64,000 nt of DNA. Source: Chloroflexota bacterium. Lineage in GTDB: Bacteria; Chloroflexota; UBA11872; VXOZ01. The notes below the pieces were generated by a model. The model saw only the letters and a list, made by a program, of their open reading frames with translations, was not told the DNA's origin and did no database searches. Positions 9,408 through 22,611 of this stretch are shown piece after piece (the stretch's first letter is position 1; each line of letters opens with the position of its first letter). Location of the stretch: contig OY760183.1 in NCBI GenBank assembly GCA_963663275.1, positions 3,456,001-3,520,000 of the forward strand, in the 5' to 3' direction. A program made the translations under genes and the position numbers.

Positions 9408-9453
9408 TGCATCACACGATTCAATCGTGTGATGCATGCATTCTAATGCATCA
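9408..9453. promoter_or_regulatory. Perfect 14-bp inverted repeat plus second dyad upstream of fic; probable operator
   Basis: TGCATCACACGATT-C-AATCGTGTGATGCA followed by TGCATT-CT-AATGCA. Confidence 0.6.
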
Positions 9454-9489
9454 ACGGCTATGCGGCTACGCGCGGATGGCGTGGAGGGG

Positions 9490-12456
<2,967 letters not shown>

Positions 12457-12490
12457 GGGGCTAGATGGTATCACCTGCGCGGCGTTCGCC

Positions 12491-12838
12491 CTATCCCTGC
12501 GCTCGCGGCAGCGGGCGCCCCGGCAGGCGCGCCCAGACCTCGTCGCCGCGCACGAACGTCTCGAACGCCGTCGCGTCGTACGTGTAGCGGTCGAGGCACT
12601 CGCCGGTGACGATGTCGAAGATGGCCGAGTGCAGCGGGCAGATGACCTGCCCCGGCTCGACCGTGCCCCAGGAGAGCATCGCGCCCTGGTGCGGGCAGAA
12701 GTTCTCCAGCGTGCCGGTGCGCTCCCCGTCCCAGAAGACGGCTATCTCCCACCTGCTGTACCGGGGGTGCTCGATCTCGATGGCGAGCACGCCCTTCTCC
12801 TGCACCTCGCCCAGCGGGCAGAGGTAATACTCGTTCAC
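12491..12838 (-). CDS. Rieske [2Fe-2S] ferredoxin
   Basis: CPHQG...CPLH; GTG start overlaps upstream TGA. Confidence 0.88.
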   Translation of the reverse strand: MNEYYLCPLGEVQEKGVLAIEIEHPRYSRWEIAVFWDGERTGTLENFCPHQGAMLSWGTVEPGQVICPLHSAIFDIVTGECLDRYTYDATAFETFVRGDEVWARLPGRPLPRAQG

Positions 12839-13251
12839 TGGATCTCCAGGAGGGGCTGACCGGCCTCGACGGCCTGGTCCTTCTTGATCTTCACGCCCTT
12901 CACGACGCCGCTGCGCGCCATGCGCACGCTCTGCTCCATCTTCATCGACTCCAGCAGGCAGATCTCGTCGCCCGCCTCCAGTTCCTGCCCCTTCGTGACC
13001 GTGACGGAGACGATCTTGCCCGGCAGCGGACAGCGGATGACGCGCTCGTCGCCCTGCGTGATGCCGCGCAGACCGGGCAACTCCGCCTTGCGGGGCGTCG
13101 AGCGCCGCACCGGAACGCCGGCGTCTCCCGGGTTCCCGACCTCGACCGTGTAGCTCTCGCCGTCCACGACGACCTCGACCGGGTTCTGGAAGAGGTCGGC
13201 GATCTCGACGTCGTACCAATCGTCGTTGACTCGCACGCGCATCCGTTTCAC
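12835..13251 (-). CDS. accB: Biotin carboxyl carrier protein
   Basis: ESMKME biotinylation motif; coupled to biotin carboxylase. Confidence 0.88.
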   Translation of the reverse strand: MKRMRVRVNDDWYDVEIADLFQNPVEVVVDGESYTVEVGNPGDAGVPVRRSTPRKAELPGLRGITQGDERVIRCPLPGKIVSVTVTKGQELEAGDEICLLESMKMEQSVRMARSGVVKGVKIKKDQAVEAGQPLLEIQ

Positions 13252-14735
13252 TACAACACTCCGTTGCTGAGGCGGTTCACCATGGCCATGCGCCGGCCGT
13301 GCATCCGCCACCTGCTGAACTGTATCTGCTGCGGGGACTCCTGTTCCAGCGCCATGGCGACCGCTATCGCGGCGGCGAGCGCGCTGTTGCGCGCCGGTTC
13401 GTTCAGCATCCGCTCCAGGAACGCGTTGTCGAACGCGCCGCTCCTGAAGTCCTTGTGCTCCAGCACGCGCCGGACGAGCGGGATGTTCACGACCGGCCCC
13501 TCGACGACGTACTGGTCGAGCGCCGCCTGCATGCGGGCGATCGCCTCCTCCCGCGTCTCGCCGTGGACGATGAGCTTCGCCATCATCGACTCGTAGTGCG
13601 GCGACACCTCGTAGCCCTGGTACAGCGCGCTGTCGACGCGCACGTGCGGCCCCTCCGGCTCGACGAGCACCGAGACCGTGCCCGCGGTCGGCAGCAGCAT
13701 CACCGGGTCCTCCGGGTAGATGCGCGCCTCGATGGCCGCCCCGTGCCGGCGCACGTCGCTCTGCGAGAGCGGCAGACGCTCGCCTGCCGCGACCCGCAGC
13801 TGCAGCTCGACGAGGTCCAGCCCAGTGACCATCTCCGTGACGGGATGCTCCACCTGCAGCCGAGTGTTCATCTCCAGGAAGTAGAACCGCTCCTCCTTCG
13901 CGTCGTACAGGTACTCGATGGTGCCTGCGTTCGTGTAGCCGATGCTCTTCACGAGCCGGACCGCGGACTCGAGCAGTGCGCTCCGCACCTCAGGCGTCAG
14001 CTTCGCGCACGGCGTCTCCTCGACCACCTTCTGGTTGCGGCGCTGCACCGAGCAGTCGCGCTCGAACAGGTGCAGCGCCTTGCCGTGGTGGTCCGCGATG
14101 ACCTGCACCTCGACGTGCGACGCGTTCTGGATGCGGCGCTCCATGTAGACGCGGCTGCTGCCGAAGGCGTTCAGCGCCTGCGACCGGGCGCGCGTCACCG
14201 CCTCCTGCACCTCCGAGATGTCGTTCACGACGCGGATGCCCATGCCGCCGCCGCCGTCCGCCGCCTTGATCATCAGCGGGAAGCCGATGCCCCGGGCGAT
14301 GGCCACGGCCTGCGCGTCGTCTATCTCGCCCTCCGCGCCCGGGCTGATGGGCACCCCGGCCTCCCGCGCGAGCCGCCGCGCCATGATCTTGTCGCCCATC
14401 TGCGCGATGACCTTCGACGACGGCCCGATGAACGTGAGCCCTTCCTTCTCGACCGCCTCGACGAACGACGGGTTCTCGGAGAGGAAGCCGTAGCCGGGGT
14501 GGATGGCCTGCGCCTTGACCTTCCTGGCCGCCTTGATGATGTTCTCGCCGTTCAGGTACGACTCCGACGCGGGCGCCCCGCCGATCTGGACGGCGCGGTC
14601 GGCCATGCCGACGTGCTTCGCCTTCGCGTCGGCGGACGAGTACACCGCGACGGCCTCGATGCCGAGACGCTGGCAGGTGCGGATGACGCGGCAGGCGATC
14701 TCGCCGCGATTGGCGATGAGCACGGTGTCGAACAT
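13251..14735 (-). CDS. accC: Acyl-CoA carboxylase biotin carboxylase subunit
   Basis: LIANRGEIA, HPGYGFLSEN, ERDCSVQRRNQK, EMNTRLQVEHPVTE. Confidence 0.95.
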   Translation of the reverse strand: MFDTVLIANRGEIACRVIRTCQRLGIEAVAVYSSADAKAKHVGMADRAVQIGGAPASESYLNGENIIKAARKVKAQAIHPGYGFLSENPSFVEAVEKEGLTFIGPSSKVIAQMGDKIMARRLAREAGVPISPGAEGEIDDAQAVAIARGIGFPLMIKAADGGGGMGIRVVNDISEVQEAVTRARSQALNAFGSSRVYMERRIQNASHVEVQVIADHHGKALHLFERDCSVQRRNQKVVEETPCAKLTPEVRSALLESAVRLVKSIGYTNAGTIEYLYDAKEERFYFLEMNTRLQVEHPVTEMVTGLDLVELQLRVAAGERLPLSQSDVRRHGAAIEARIYPEDPVMLLPTAGTVSVLVEPEGPHVRVDSALYQGYEVSPHYESMMAKLIVHGETREEAIARMQAALDQYVVEGPVVNIPLVRRVLEHKDFRSGAFDNAFLERMLNEPARNSALAAAIAVAMALEQESPQQIQFSRWRMHGRRMAMVNRLSNGVL

Positions 14736-14790
14736 GGGATATCAGTGTAACGGGCGCAGCCGCCCCCGGCCAACCACATCTGGCCAGGGT

Positions 14791-14816
14791 GTGCCATTAA
14801 GTGCCAAAGTGTGCCA
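14791..14816. promoter_or_regulatory. Three GTGCCA direct repeats with exact 10-bp period upstream of accC
   Basis: GTGCCA at 14791, 14801, 14811. Confidence 0.45.
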
Positions 14817-14837
14817 TTCCACTCCTGCACCCCGGCC

Positions 14838-15073
14838 CGTCGTTCCTGCGGAGGCAGGAACCTCGTATCCTTCCCGCCCCGCTCATCCTGAGCCTGTCGA
14901 AGGACCGTGGCCGACGGCCCTCCGCCGTCACCGACCAGCGTACGCGCCCCAGCCGCGACCGCGAAAGGGGCGCGTGTCACGAATCCTCCCGCCATCCCCG
15001 CCCCTTCCGCCATCCCCGTCCCCTTCCGTCATTCCCGCACCCCTCCGTCATTCCCGCGCAGGCGGGAATCCAG
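14838..15073. repeat. Mosaic repeat cluster: REP-A (14838-14865), REP-C (14879-14904), island-edge element half (14933-14980), REP-B with stuttered 5' halves (14990-15073)
   Basis: Each unit recurs elsewhere in the window (38221-38391, 42154, 33191, 35102). Confidence 0.85.
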
Positions 15074-15095
15074 AGGGGGCGGGTAGGGTGGTGGG

Positions 15096-15510
15096 CTACA
15101 AGCGCACGGGGATCGACGTTTCAAGCCGTTCAGCAAGAACCGCCGGGTTCTTCGTCTCACACTCCCAAACCGTGATGACCGTCCAGCCCAAGCCCTCCAA
15201 CTCGCGGCGCTGGCGCTCGTCCCGTTTTCACGTTCTCTTGGAACTTGGCTTCCCAGAATTCACGATTAGTCTTCGGGGTGTACGCGAATCGACAGCCAGG
15301 ATGGCGGTGCCAGTAGCAGCCATGCACGAGGATAACCGTCCGCCTACTGGACATTACGATGTCTGGTCGGGCAGGTAGGTTCTTCTGGTGTAAACGATAC
15401 CTGTAGCCCATGCAATGGAGTAGTGAACGCACCAGTCGCTCAGGAGTGGTATTGGAGCCTCTGATGCGCGACATATTCCAACTTCGATGTTCAGCAGAGA
15501 GGCTGTCCAC
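15096..15510 (-). CDS. vsr: Very short patch repair endonuclease; +1 frameshift near 15226 (likely error)
   Basis: RSWNMSRIRGSNTTPE, VHGCYWHRH; removing one A restores RDERQRRELEGLGWTVITVWECE. Confidence 0.9.
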
Positions 15511-15524
15511 TATGCCACCCTCTC

Positions 15525-17060
15525 TCACGACTCAAAGAGTTCGGCTACCCGCTCCGCAATCTGGCTTGACAGCAGAGGAGGTACAGCGTTCCCTACCTGG
15601 CGATACTGCTCAGTGCGGTTGCCTTCAAAGAAGTAGTTGTCAGGGAATGTCTGCAATCGGGCCGCTTCCCTCACGGTGAGGCTTCTGCATTGCGCAGGAT
15701 CGTAATGGATGTAGTAGTGTCCGTCTTTCTGGATGTGACTCACTACAGTACGAGATGGTGCGTTCTGAGGCACGACACTGAACCGGTCAGCGAAATGAAT
15801 ACTCTTCAAGGCGTTGTAGATGTTCTGGTGATTCGGCATCAGGCCTGCGGGAAAATCACTGACCCGGAAAGGGCGCTCCGAATTCTCCATGAAACACGAT
15901 GCAAAGAGATAACGCCAGAGGTCATCGATGCGATGAGCCCTGGCTTCGTGATTCAAGGTTCCCGATAGACGTTCGTCTTCGAACCAATCGGGTTCATAGT
16001 CGCATTGAGAAGGGACATCCAGGAACCGTAGCGAACCTCGATCGCTGGACGGGACGGTGAGATTCTCAAGCACTTCGATGATTCTTTGCTGGAGAGGCTG
16101 TGGTATCTGTTGCCACCAGGAATGGTCGAGTATGCTCAGGATGGCCTCAACCCATGCTTCGGGGCTATCCTGAGTCGAAATCCCACTGCGTACGAAAGGC
16201 AGGCCGTCCAAGACCTCCATTGCGCTGACGGATTCACCTGCCCGTAAGAGTGGTTCGGGGTGCTTCTGAATATCATTACGGACACCTATAATGATAACCC
16301 GGTGGCGCGCTTGAGGAACGCCGTAATGCTCTGCTTTGACAACAAAATCGTTGGGATTGATTGGTTCACATTCTCCATTGACAGGCAACCTTCCAGCGGA
16401 AATAGGATACAGTTTGTACGTGTAGTTATGCGACATACAGATACCGTCTGGTGCTAGAGCTTGTGCTGGATCGGCCAAGTCAGCCAGCATGCGATAGAAG
16501 ATGGACCGGTCACGATACGATGAACTGAGTAAGCCTTTGACATTCTCGAAAACGAAGACACTTGGCCAGTAGCTTCCAATGATACCGAGGTACTCGCGAT
16601 ACAACTCGAAACGGACATCGGTATCGGGGTCGTAATGATCGAGCGATTGGTTTTTGACTCGACCAATCGTGGAGTACGCTTGGCAAGGCGGACCACCTAC
16701 CAAGACCCAATCATTGCTGCCGCGGATTGCTCTTGCTAGAGAGGCTTTGATGCGAGTATGATCCTGCGTTTTGCTGCCAAGTTCGACCTGTAGGCACCGC
16801 CGAAATGCTTCAGCTGCTTCAATGGGGTATTGCTGACACAGTTCAGCCCGTGTGATTCGGCCTGCCAGGTACGCATAATACTCATCTGGCATTTCATCTT
16901 TGGAGAATTGGTGAAAGAAGCTGCGCAACCAGAGAGTCTTGATAGGCGCATTATCCTTTTCTATTGAGAGGCGTAATTCGAACGGAGGCGAACTGAATCC
17001 TTCTCCTAATCCGCCGCACCCGGCGAAGACATCCACAACGGGTATGTGGCGAGTCATCAT
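15525..17060 (-). CDS. dcm: DNA (cytosine-5) methyltransferase
   Basis: FAGCGG, GGPPCQ, FENVKG, QARHR, REAARLQTFPD, QVGNAVPP. Confidence 0.96.
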   Translation of the reverse strand: MMTRHIPVVDVFAGCGGLGEGFSSPPFELRLSIEKDNAPIKTLWLRSFFHQFSKDEMPDEYYAYLAGRITRAELCQQYPIEAAEAFRRCLQVELGSKTQDHTRIKASLARAIRGSNDWVLVGGPPCQAYSTIGRVKNQSLDHYDPDTDVRFELYREYLGIIGSYWPSVFVFENVKGLLSSSYRDRSIFYRMLADLADPAQALAPDGICMSHNYTYKLYPISAGRLPVNGECEPINPNDFVVKAEHYGVPQARHRVIIIGVRNDIQKHPEPLLRAGESVSAMEVLDGLPFVRSGISTQDSPEAWVEAILSILDHSWWQQIPQPLQQRIIEVLENLTVPSSDRGSLRFLDVPSQCDYEPDWFEDERLSGTLNHEARAHRIDDLWRYLFASCFMENSERPFRVSDFPAGLMPNHQNIYNALKSIHFADRFSVVPQNAPSRTVVSHIQKDGHYYIHYDPAQCRSLTVREAARLQTFPDNYFFEGNRTEQYRQVGNAVPPLLSSQIAERVAELFES

Positions 17061-17283
17061 CGGAACGCGTCGACTTCTTCAGGGAGTAGTCCAAGCAGGC
17101 GCTCTCGGGTGACCACGTACATATCCCAAGTGGGGTCTACTTGGTTCAGAACAGCGGCTAGCCAACGTGGGCTGTTAGGCTCCTGCCCTCTGGTGCACCG
17201 TACAAAGGGCGCTTGGGGTCCCGAGCCTGCGGTCAGCACAGGGCGGGTCGCCCCTGCACCCTGCGAGGATAGTGTCCGTGCGG

Positions 17284-17311
17284 TTGCCAATACAACGACC
17301 TCTACTATAAT
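17284..17311 (+). promoter_or_regulatory. Sigma70-type promoter for the MORC-Z1 operon
   Basis: TTGCCA-N16-TATAAT. Confidence 0.55.
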
Positions 17312-17418
17312 TTGCCTTGTAAGGCCTCGTGGACAGGTACGCCCTGACCACTCCGGCAGCTTCCTGATGTTATCCCCTCCGGCCAACACCGGCTAGGTTC
17401 GCCTGACGATGGAGATAG

Positions 17419-18897
17419 ATGCGCACCGTTGACCTTCCACCTCATCCTTCGCCGCTCATCGAGAGCATGAGCGACATCGGGTATTCACTGAGCACAGCCC
17501 TTGCCGACCTTATCGACAACAGCATCACCGCGGGCGCAACGACCATCCATGTACTCGCCGATGACGGAGAGTCCCCGTTGAGAGTCGGACTGCTGGACGA
17601 CGGAGCGGGGATGAGCGAGGCGGAACTCTTCGAGGCGATGCGACTGGCGAGTCGCAGTCCACGTGAAGAGCGGGTGCATTCCGACCTCGGTCGTTTCGGC
17701 TTGGGTCTGAAGACTGCTTCATTCTCGCAGTGCCGGATGCTGACCGTTGTTACCAGAACTGAGGGTATGACGGCGTGCGCTCGCTGGGACCTGGATCGTG
17801 TCGCAGTGTCTGGCGGGTGGCTCGTGGAAGTTCCCGATGACTTGGCATCCATCCCATGGACAGAACTGCTCGGGGACACCGGCACACTCGTCGTCTGGGA
17901 GAAACTCCACGCAGATTCGGGTACTGGGGCATCTGATCAGGACGTCGCTGACTTCGTACGTCAGCTGGACGAGGCTCGGTCCCATCTTGAGCTGGTCTTT
18001 CACCGCTTCCTCGAAGGCGGGCCGGGACACGCGAGGATCCGCATCTCGCTGAACCACCGGCCATTGGAGCCGTTCGACCCGTTCCATTCCAATCATCCCG
18101 CGACAATTGCCGGACCCGCGGAGCGGATAAGGGTGGCGCGTGAGTATGTGCTTGTGCAGCCATTCACCCTTCCACACCACGGGAAGGTCACCCCTGGGGA
18201 GTGGGAACACTACGCGGGGCCTGAGGGGTACGTCAAAAACCAGGGCTTCTACGTGTATCGGGAGAGACGGCTGATCATTCATGGCACCTGGTTCGGGTTG
18301 GCACGACAGACCGAACTCACGAAACTCGCGCGCGTTCGCATCGATATGCCTAACTCGCTTGACGCTGCTTGGAAGATCGACGTCAAGAAAGCATCGGCGC
18401 AACTGCCTCCAGCAGTTCGAGAGCGCCTGAGGCGCATCATTGAGCCCATGGGAGCCGCCTCCAAGCGTGTGTACACGACCCGGGGACGGAGGCTCATCGA
18501 GGAGAACCGGATCCCTGTCTGGACCAGAGTTCAGAACAAGAACCAGATTCTCTACAGAATCAACGATGAGCACCCGATGATTGTGGGTCTTCTGTCACGA
18601 CTGCCTGCGGAGGCGCGCGGTGACTTCCTGCGGATCATCGAGGTTGCTGGAGCATCCCTGCCATTGGACGCGCTCTTCGCTGACCTCGGCGGCGGGACGG
18701 ACGCGGTTGTCGGCAGTGCCACCTCCGAGGAGGCTTTGCGTTATGCTGCCCTCACAACGTTTGATCACCTCATGAAGACGGCGAAATCAAGAGCCGACGC
18801 GCTCACCATCATGCAGGCGGCGGAACCGTTCCGCTCGAACTGGCAGCGCACAGCGCAGATGCTCGACACAGCGAATGACGAGGAAACAAGAGAATGA
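17419..18897 (+). CDS. MORC/MutL-like GHKL ATPase (MzaB-like)
   Basis: ALADLIDNSITA, DDGAGM, DLGRFGLGLKTASFSQ, QGFYVYRERRLI. Confidence 0.92.
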   Translation: MRTVDLPPHPSPLIESMSDIGYSLSTALADLIDNSITAGATTIHVLADDGESPLRVGLLDDGAGMSEAELFEAMRLASRSPREERVHSDLGRFGLGLKTASFSQCRMLTVVTRTEGMTACARWDLDRVAVSGGWLVEVPDDLASIPWTELLGDTGTLVVWEKLHADSGTGASDQDVADFVRQLDEARSHLELVFHRFLEGGPGHARIRISLNHRPLEPFDPFHSNHPATIAGPAERIRVAREYVLVQPFTLPHHGKVTPGEWEHYAGPEGYVKNQGFYVYRERRLIIHGTWFGLARQTELTKLARVRIDMPNSLDAAWKIDVKKASAQLPPAVRERLRRIIEPMGAASKRVYTTRGRRLIEENRIPVWTRVQNKNQILYRINDEHPMIVGLLSRLPAEARGDFLRIIEVAGASLPLDALFADLGGGTDAVVGSATSEEALRYAALTTFDHLMKTAKSRADALTIMQAAEPFRSNWQRTAQMLDTANDEETRE

Positions 18898-21611
18898 CTG
18901 ATCCCCTCACAAACCTTGAGAGCATGGTGGCTGCGGCTCTCGCCAATCAACGAGAGCCGACCGGAGAGGACATCCGTGAACTGATCGCCGGCCTCCGTCG
19001 ATTGCCAATGTTCGAGAGCGTCACCGAGGAAGAGGCCGAGCTGCTCGCGAAGCGATTCGAGGAAAGGGTGAGTGTCACGCAGCACCTCGGTGCCGTTCTG
19101 ACCGAACGCGACCACCAGCCTTGGCTGGCCGCCGCCCGAGCACGGATAGAACCGTATTACTGGGACCGCTACAGGCAGCACCTGATCCGGGAGGGATTTC
19201 CCAACGCCGGAATCACTACGTTGGATGAGGTCACTGACCGTGTTCTGGGGTTGATGCAGGATCCCCTGAGGGATGGGCCATGGGATCGGCGGGGGATGGT
19301 CGTCGGACACGTGCAGTCCGGCAAGACAGCCAACTATATAGGACTCATGTGTAAGGCAGCGGACGCTGGATACAAGCTGATCGTGATTATCGCGGGGATC
19401 CATAACAACCTCCGAAGCCAGACACAACGGCGAGTCGACGAGGGCTTCGTAGGTCGGGACAGCGCACGGTTGCTGAGCAAGCAGGCGGACATGTTTGTGG
19501 GGGTTGGTCGATTCGATCAGACGAGACGTCCGGTCACATTCACAAACACCAGCCGAGATTTCAACAAATCGACGGCGACCGGTGTCGGAATTCCTCTCCA
19601 GAATCTCACCGAACCCGCTGTTTTCGTCATCAAGAAGAATAGCAGCACCCTGAAGAACCTGATCGAATGGCTCAGGGAGCACAGTTCCAGAGGAGGTTCT
19701 CAGAGCATCAACGAGCCGATGTTGTTGGTCGATGATGAAGCCGACAACGCCTCCATCAATATCGCGCATGGGGCCGGAGAGGTTTCAAGAATCAACGGTC
19801 AGATTCGGGAGTTGCTCCACATTTTTGATCGGAGTTGCTATGTCGGGTACACAGCCACTCCTTTCGCTAACATCTTCATCGACCCGGACACGGATGACCA
19901 GATGCGCGGCGAGGACTTGTTCCCCCGGAGCTTCATCGTGAGCTTGGATCCCCCCTCGAACTACTTCGGAGCCACGACCGTCTTTCTCGATGACAGCGAC
20001 CGGTACATCCGCCACATTGAGGACAACGAGGACGTCCTTCCCATCAAACACTCCAAGGAAATCGTCATCACTTCTCTCCCTCCTTCTTTGGCCGATGCCG
20101 TGAGGGCCTTCATCCTTGGTCGAGCCATCCGTCTGGCGAGGGGACATGAAGGACAGCACTGCTCAATGCTGGTGAATGCGTCGCGCTTCATGAACGTCCA
20201 GCGCCAGCTCCGAAACGAAATTCACGCTCTGCTGGACAGCATCCAACGCTCCATCCGAGTGAACGGCGCATTACCACCGGATGCCGCACTCGCAGATGTG
20301 GAGCTCGGCGCACTCTACAAGGTCTGGAGGCGGGAGTTTCACAATACCGAGTTCGATTGGCCCGAAGTGCAAGAGAGACTTCACGCAGCCGCTGCTCCAA
20401 TCAGGGTGGTTGAGGTCAACAGCCAATCTCCAGGCACGCTGGACTACAGCGCCAATCGACAGGATGGACTCAACGTCATTGCAGTCGGTGGATTCTCCTT
20501 GTCCCGTGGGCTGACGCTCGAAGGACTGATGGTCAGCTACTTCATGCGTAACTCGATGATGTACGACACCCTGATGCAGATGGGGCGTTGGTTCGGCTAC
20601 AGGCCCGACTACGAAGACCTCTGCCGTATCTGGATGCCTGAGGCGGCGCAGGGTTGGTACGAGCATGTTGCCGAGTCCATTGAGGAACTGCGGGGTGAGT
20701 TCAGGAGTATGGAGGCGTCCAATGCAACTCCCGAGGAATTCGGCCTCAAGGTCAGGAGCCATCCGGATACACTGATCGTTACCGCACGCAACAAGATGGG
20801 AACCGGAGCCAGAGTTGTAGTGAGCATTGGTCTGGCGTTCAAGTTGATTGAGACGCACAGGCTTCGCAGGGATGACGAAAGCCTAGAGATCAACCGCGAG
20901 GCCGCACGGACGCTCTCCCAATCGCTCGGCGAAGCAGGATTCCCGATCGAAACCGCCGAGAAGGCGGAGTTTGGGTGGCTCCTGCGAGGAACTCCAGTGG
21001 GCCCCATCCTGAACTTCCTGACTCAATTCCGAAACCACGAGGGTTCACTGTTGACCAATGGCGACCCGGTGAGACGGTATATAGAGGAACGCCGAGATGA
21101 CGAGCTTGCAGAGTGGGACGTCCTTTTCGCAAGCGTGTGGACGGAAGCCAATACGGCGGATACTTCGTTAGGCAGAAGGATTTTACGTCAGCGAAGAACC
21201 GAAGGTGATAGGCGCGACGCCAAGACGCTGTTGATCGGCAGTCGACAGAGGGTGGCGACCAGAGGCATTGAGCGAACAGGGCTCACCGGTGAGCAACGGG
21301 CCCTTGCGGAGAAGGCGTATCGGGAGCAACGGGAGAGAGAGGGCAGGCCATCGGCGGTCGGACGGGTACAATACCCGGACTTGGTGTACAGAAAAATGAG
21401 GACGCGCCCCCTCCTCATGATTCATCTGATCGATATCGACACCGATGCCCATGGCGACCTGCTCTCTCAGCCCGTAGTTGCGTGGGGCATCAGTTTCCCC
21501 GCCACCCATAAAGAAGAGTCACGGGTAGCGTACGTGGTCAACACGACATGGCTCCGCGAGAACTTCCAAGAAGACGTGGACGAGGACGAGATGCAGGGAG
21601 ACGATGGCTGA
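18894..21611 (+). CDS. Z1-domain SF2 helicase-like protein (MzaC-like)
   Basis: GHVQSGKT, DDEADNAS, YTATPFAN, LSRGLTLEGL, DTLMQMGRWFGYR. Confidence 0.93.
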   Translation: MTDPLTNLESMVAAALANQREPTGEDIRELIAGLRRLPMFESVTEEEAELLAKRFEERVSVTQHLGAVLTERDHQPWLAAARARIEPYYWDRYRQHLIREGFPNAGITTLDEVTDRVLGLMQDPLRDGPWDRRGMVVGHVQSGKTANYIGLMCKAADAGYKLIVIIAGIHNNLRSQTQRRVDEGFVGRDSARLLSKQADMFVGVGRFDQTRRPVTFTNTSRDFNKSTATGVGIPLQNLTEPAVFVIKKNSSTLKNLIEWLREHSSRGGSQSINEPMLLVDDEADNASINIAHGAGEVSRINGQIRELLHIFDRSCYVGYTATPFANIFIDPDTDDQMRGEDLFPRSFIVSLDPPSNYFGATTVFLDDSDRYIRHIEDNEDVLPIKHSKEIVITSLPPSLADAVRAFILGRAIRLARGHEGQHCSMLVNASRFMNVQRQLRNEIHALLDSIQRSIRVNGALPPDAALADVELGALYKVWRREFHNTEFDWPEVQERLHAAAAPIRVVEVNSQSPGTLDYSANRQDGLNVIAVGGFSLSRGLTLEGLMVSYFMRNSMMYDTLMQMGRWFGYRPDYEDLCRIWMPEAAQGWYEHVAESIEELRGEFRSMEASNATPEEFGLKVRSHPDTLIVTARNKMGTGARVVVSIGLAFKLIETHRLRRDDESLEINREAARTLSQSLGEAGFPIETAEKAEFGWLLRGTPVGPILNFLTQFRNHEGSLLTNGDPVRRYIEERRDDELAEWDVLFASVWTEANTADTSLGRRILRQRRTEGDRRDAKTLLIGSRQRVATRGIERTGLTGEQRALAEKAYREQREREGRPSAVGRVQYPDLVYRKMRTRPLLMIHLIDIDTDAHGDLLSQPVVAWGISFPATHKEESRVAYVVNTTWLRENFQEDVDEDEMQGDDG

Positions 21612-22611
21612 GAACCCTTGGAGAGAAATCGAGCCTCCCAGCACCGCCAGTTCGGTCAAAGCCCGACGGGTCGATGCAGACCTGCCTTGGAATTTCTTCT
21701 GGGGCAAGGGGATGGACAACGCCGTCTTCCTCACGCTCAGCCACGATTCCGAGTCATCGCCGGTCATGCCTCTCCCCCGTCTGCAGGACATCGAGGTCAC
21801 CCTTTCGCCTACCGATGAGACCGGCACGCGGATCCTGGCTCTGAAACTGCTGGACGCTGCGCAGCAGGACATATTCCTCACCCTTTGCCTGGACATCATT
21901 GCCAGTACCGCGCATGCAGAGTCCGAAACTGAAGCGGTGTCGCTGGCCCTGACGAGGACGTGGCGATGGCGGCATCTTCTCAGGGGTGGAAGGAGTCTCC
22001 TCCTAACCCCGGAGGAACAGAAAGGGTTGATTGGCGAACTCCTCGTTCTGGAGCGCCTTCTGCTTCCCCAGCTGGGAGCCGCCGCCGCTGTAGGGGCTTG
22101 GCACGGGCCTCTGGATGCGCCCAAGGATTTTGAGGTCGGTCGCGTGGCAATCGAAGCAAAGGCGCATCGTGGTGGAGCTACTCCTCTTGTCTCAATCACA
22201 TCGGAGGATCAGTTGGACGAGAGTGGCGTTGACGCTCTCTTCCTCTACGTTGTCGAGCTCAACGAGGTGCCGCAGGAAGCAGATGATGGCATGACGGTCA
22301 CCGATATGGCTGAGCATGTGCGTGAGCGCATCTTCGCACTCGACCCCGGCGCTGCGGGTGCCCTTGAGTCGCTGTTGACTGCAGCAGGGCTCAGGATGGA
22401 GGACGATTACTCGGACTACCACTGGCTGGAGGGAGCCAGCCAGCTTTACCGTGTGGTGGATGGATTCCCCCGCATTGCGAGAGCCGAGTTGAGGTCGGGG
22501 GTCTCGCATGTTCGTTACTCAGTTTCGTTGCCCGAATGTGAGCCCTTCGTCACCACCGAGAGCGACCTGATAGAGATGCTCGCTCACCTAGGAGGACACA
22601 GTGCCGATTGA
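21604..22611 (+). CDS. PD-(D/E)XK motif protein DUF4420 (MzaD-like)
   Basis: QKGLIGELL, WHGP...KDF...IEAK, ISEDQLD-like motif. Confidence 0.88.
   Translation: MAENPWREIEPPSTASSVKARRVDADLPWNFFWGKGMDNAVFLTLSHDSESSPVMPLPRLQDIEVTLSPTDETGTRILALKLLDAAQQDIFLTLCLDIIASTAHAESETEAVSLALTRTWRWRHLLRGGRSLLLTPEEQKGLIGELLVLERLLLPQLGAAAAVGAWHGPLDAPKDFEVGRVAIEAKAHRGGATPLVSITSEDQLDESGVDALFLYVVELNEVPQEADDGMTVTDMAEHVRERIFALDPGAAGALESLLTAAGLRMEDDYSDYHWLEGASQLYRVVDGFPRIARAELRSGVSHVRYSVSLPECEPFVTTESDLIEMLAHLGGHSAD

Noticed and set aside
14990-15073. Periodic repeats as a CRISPR array
   Set aside because: Period of 18-19 nt, no unique spacers, no cas genes
17057-17389. 110-aa ORF overlapping the dcm start as a controller protein
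   Set aside because: No HTH or other motif, weak start, overlaps the predicted promoter
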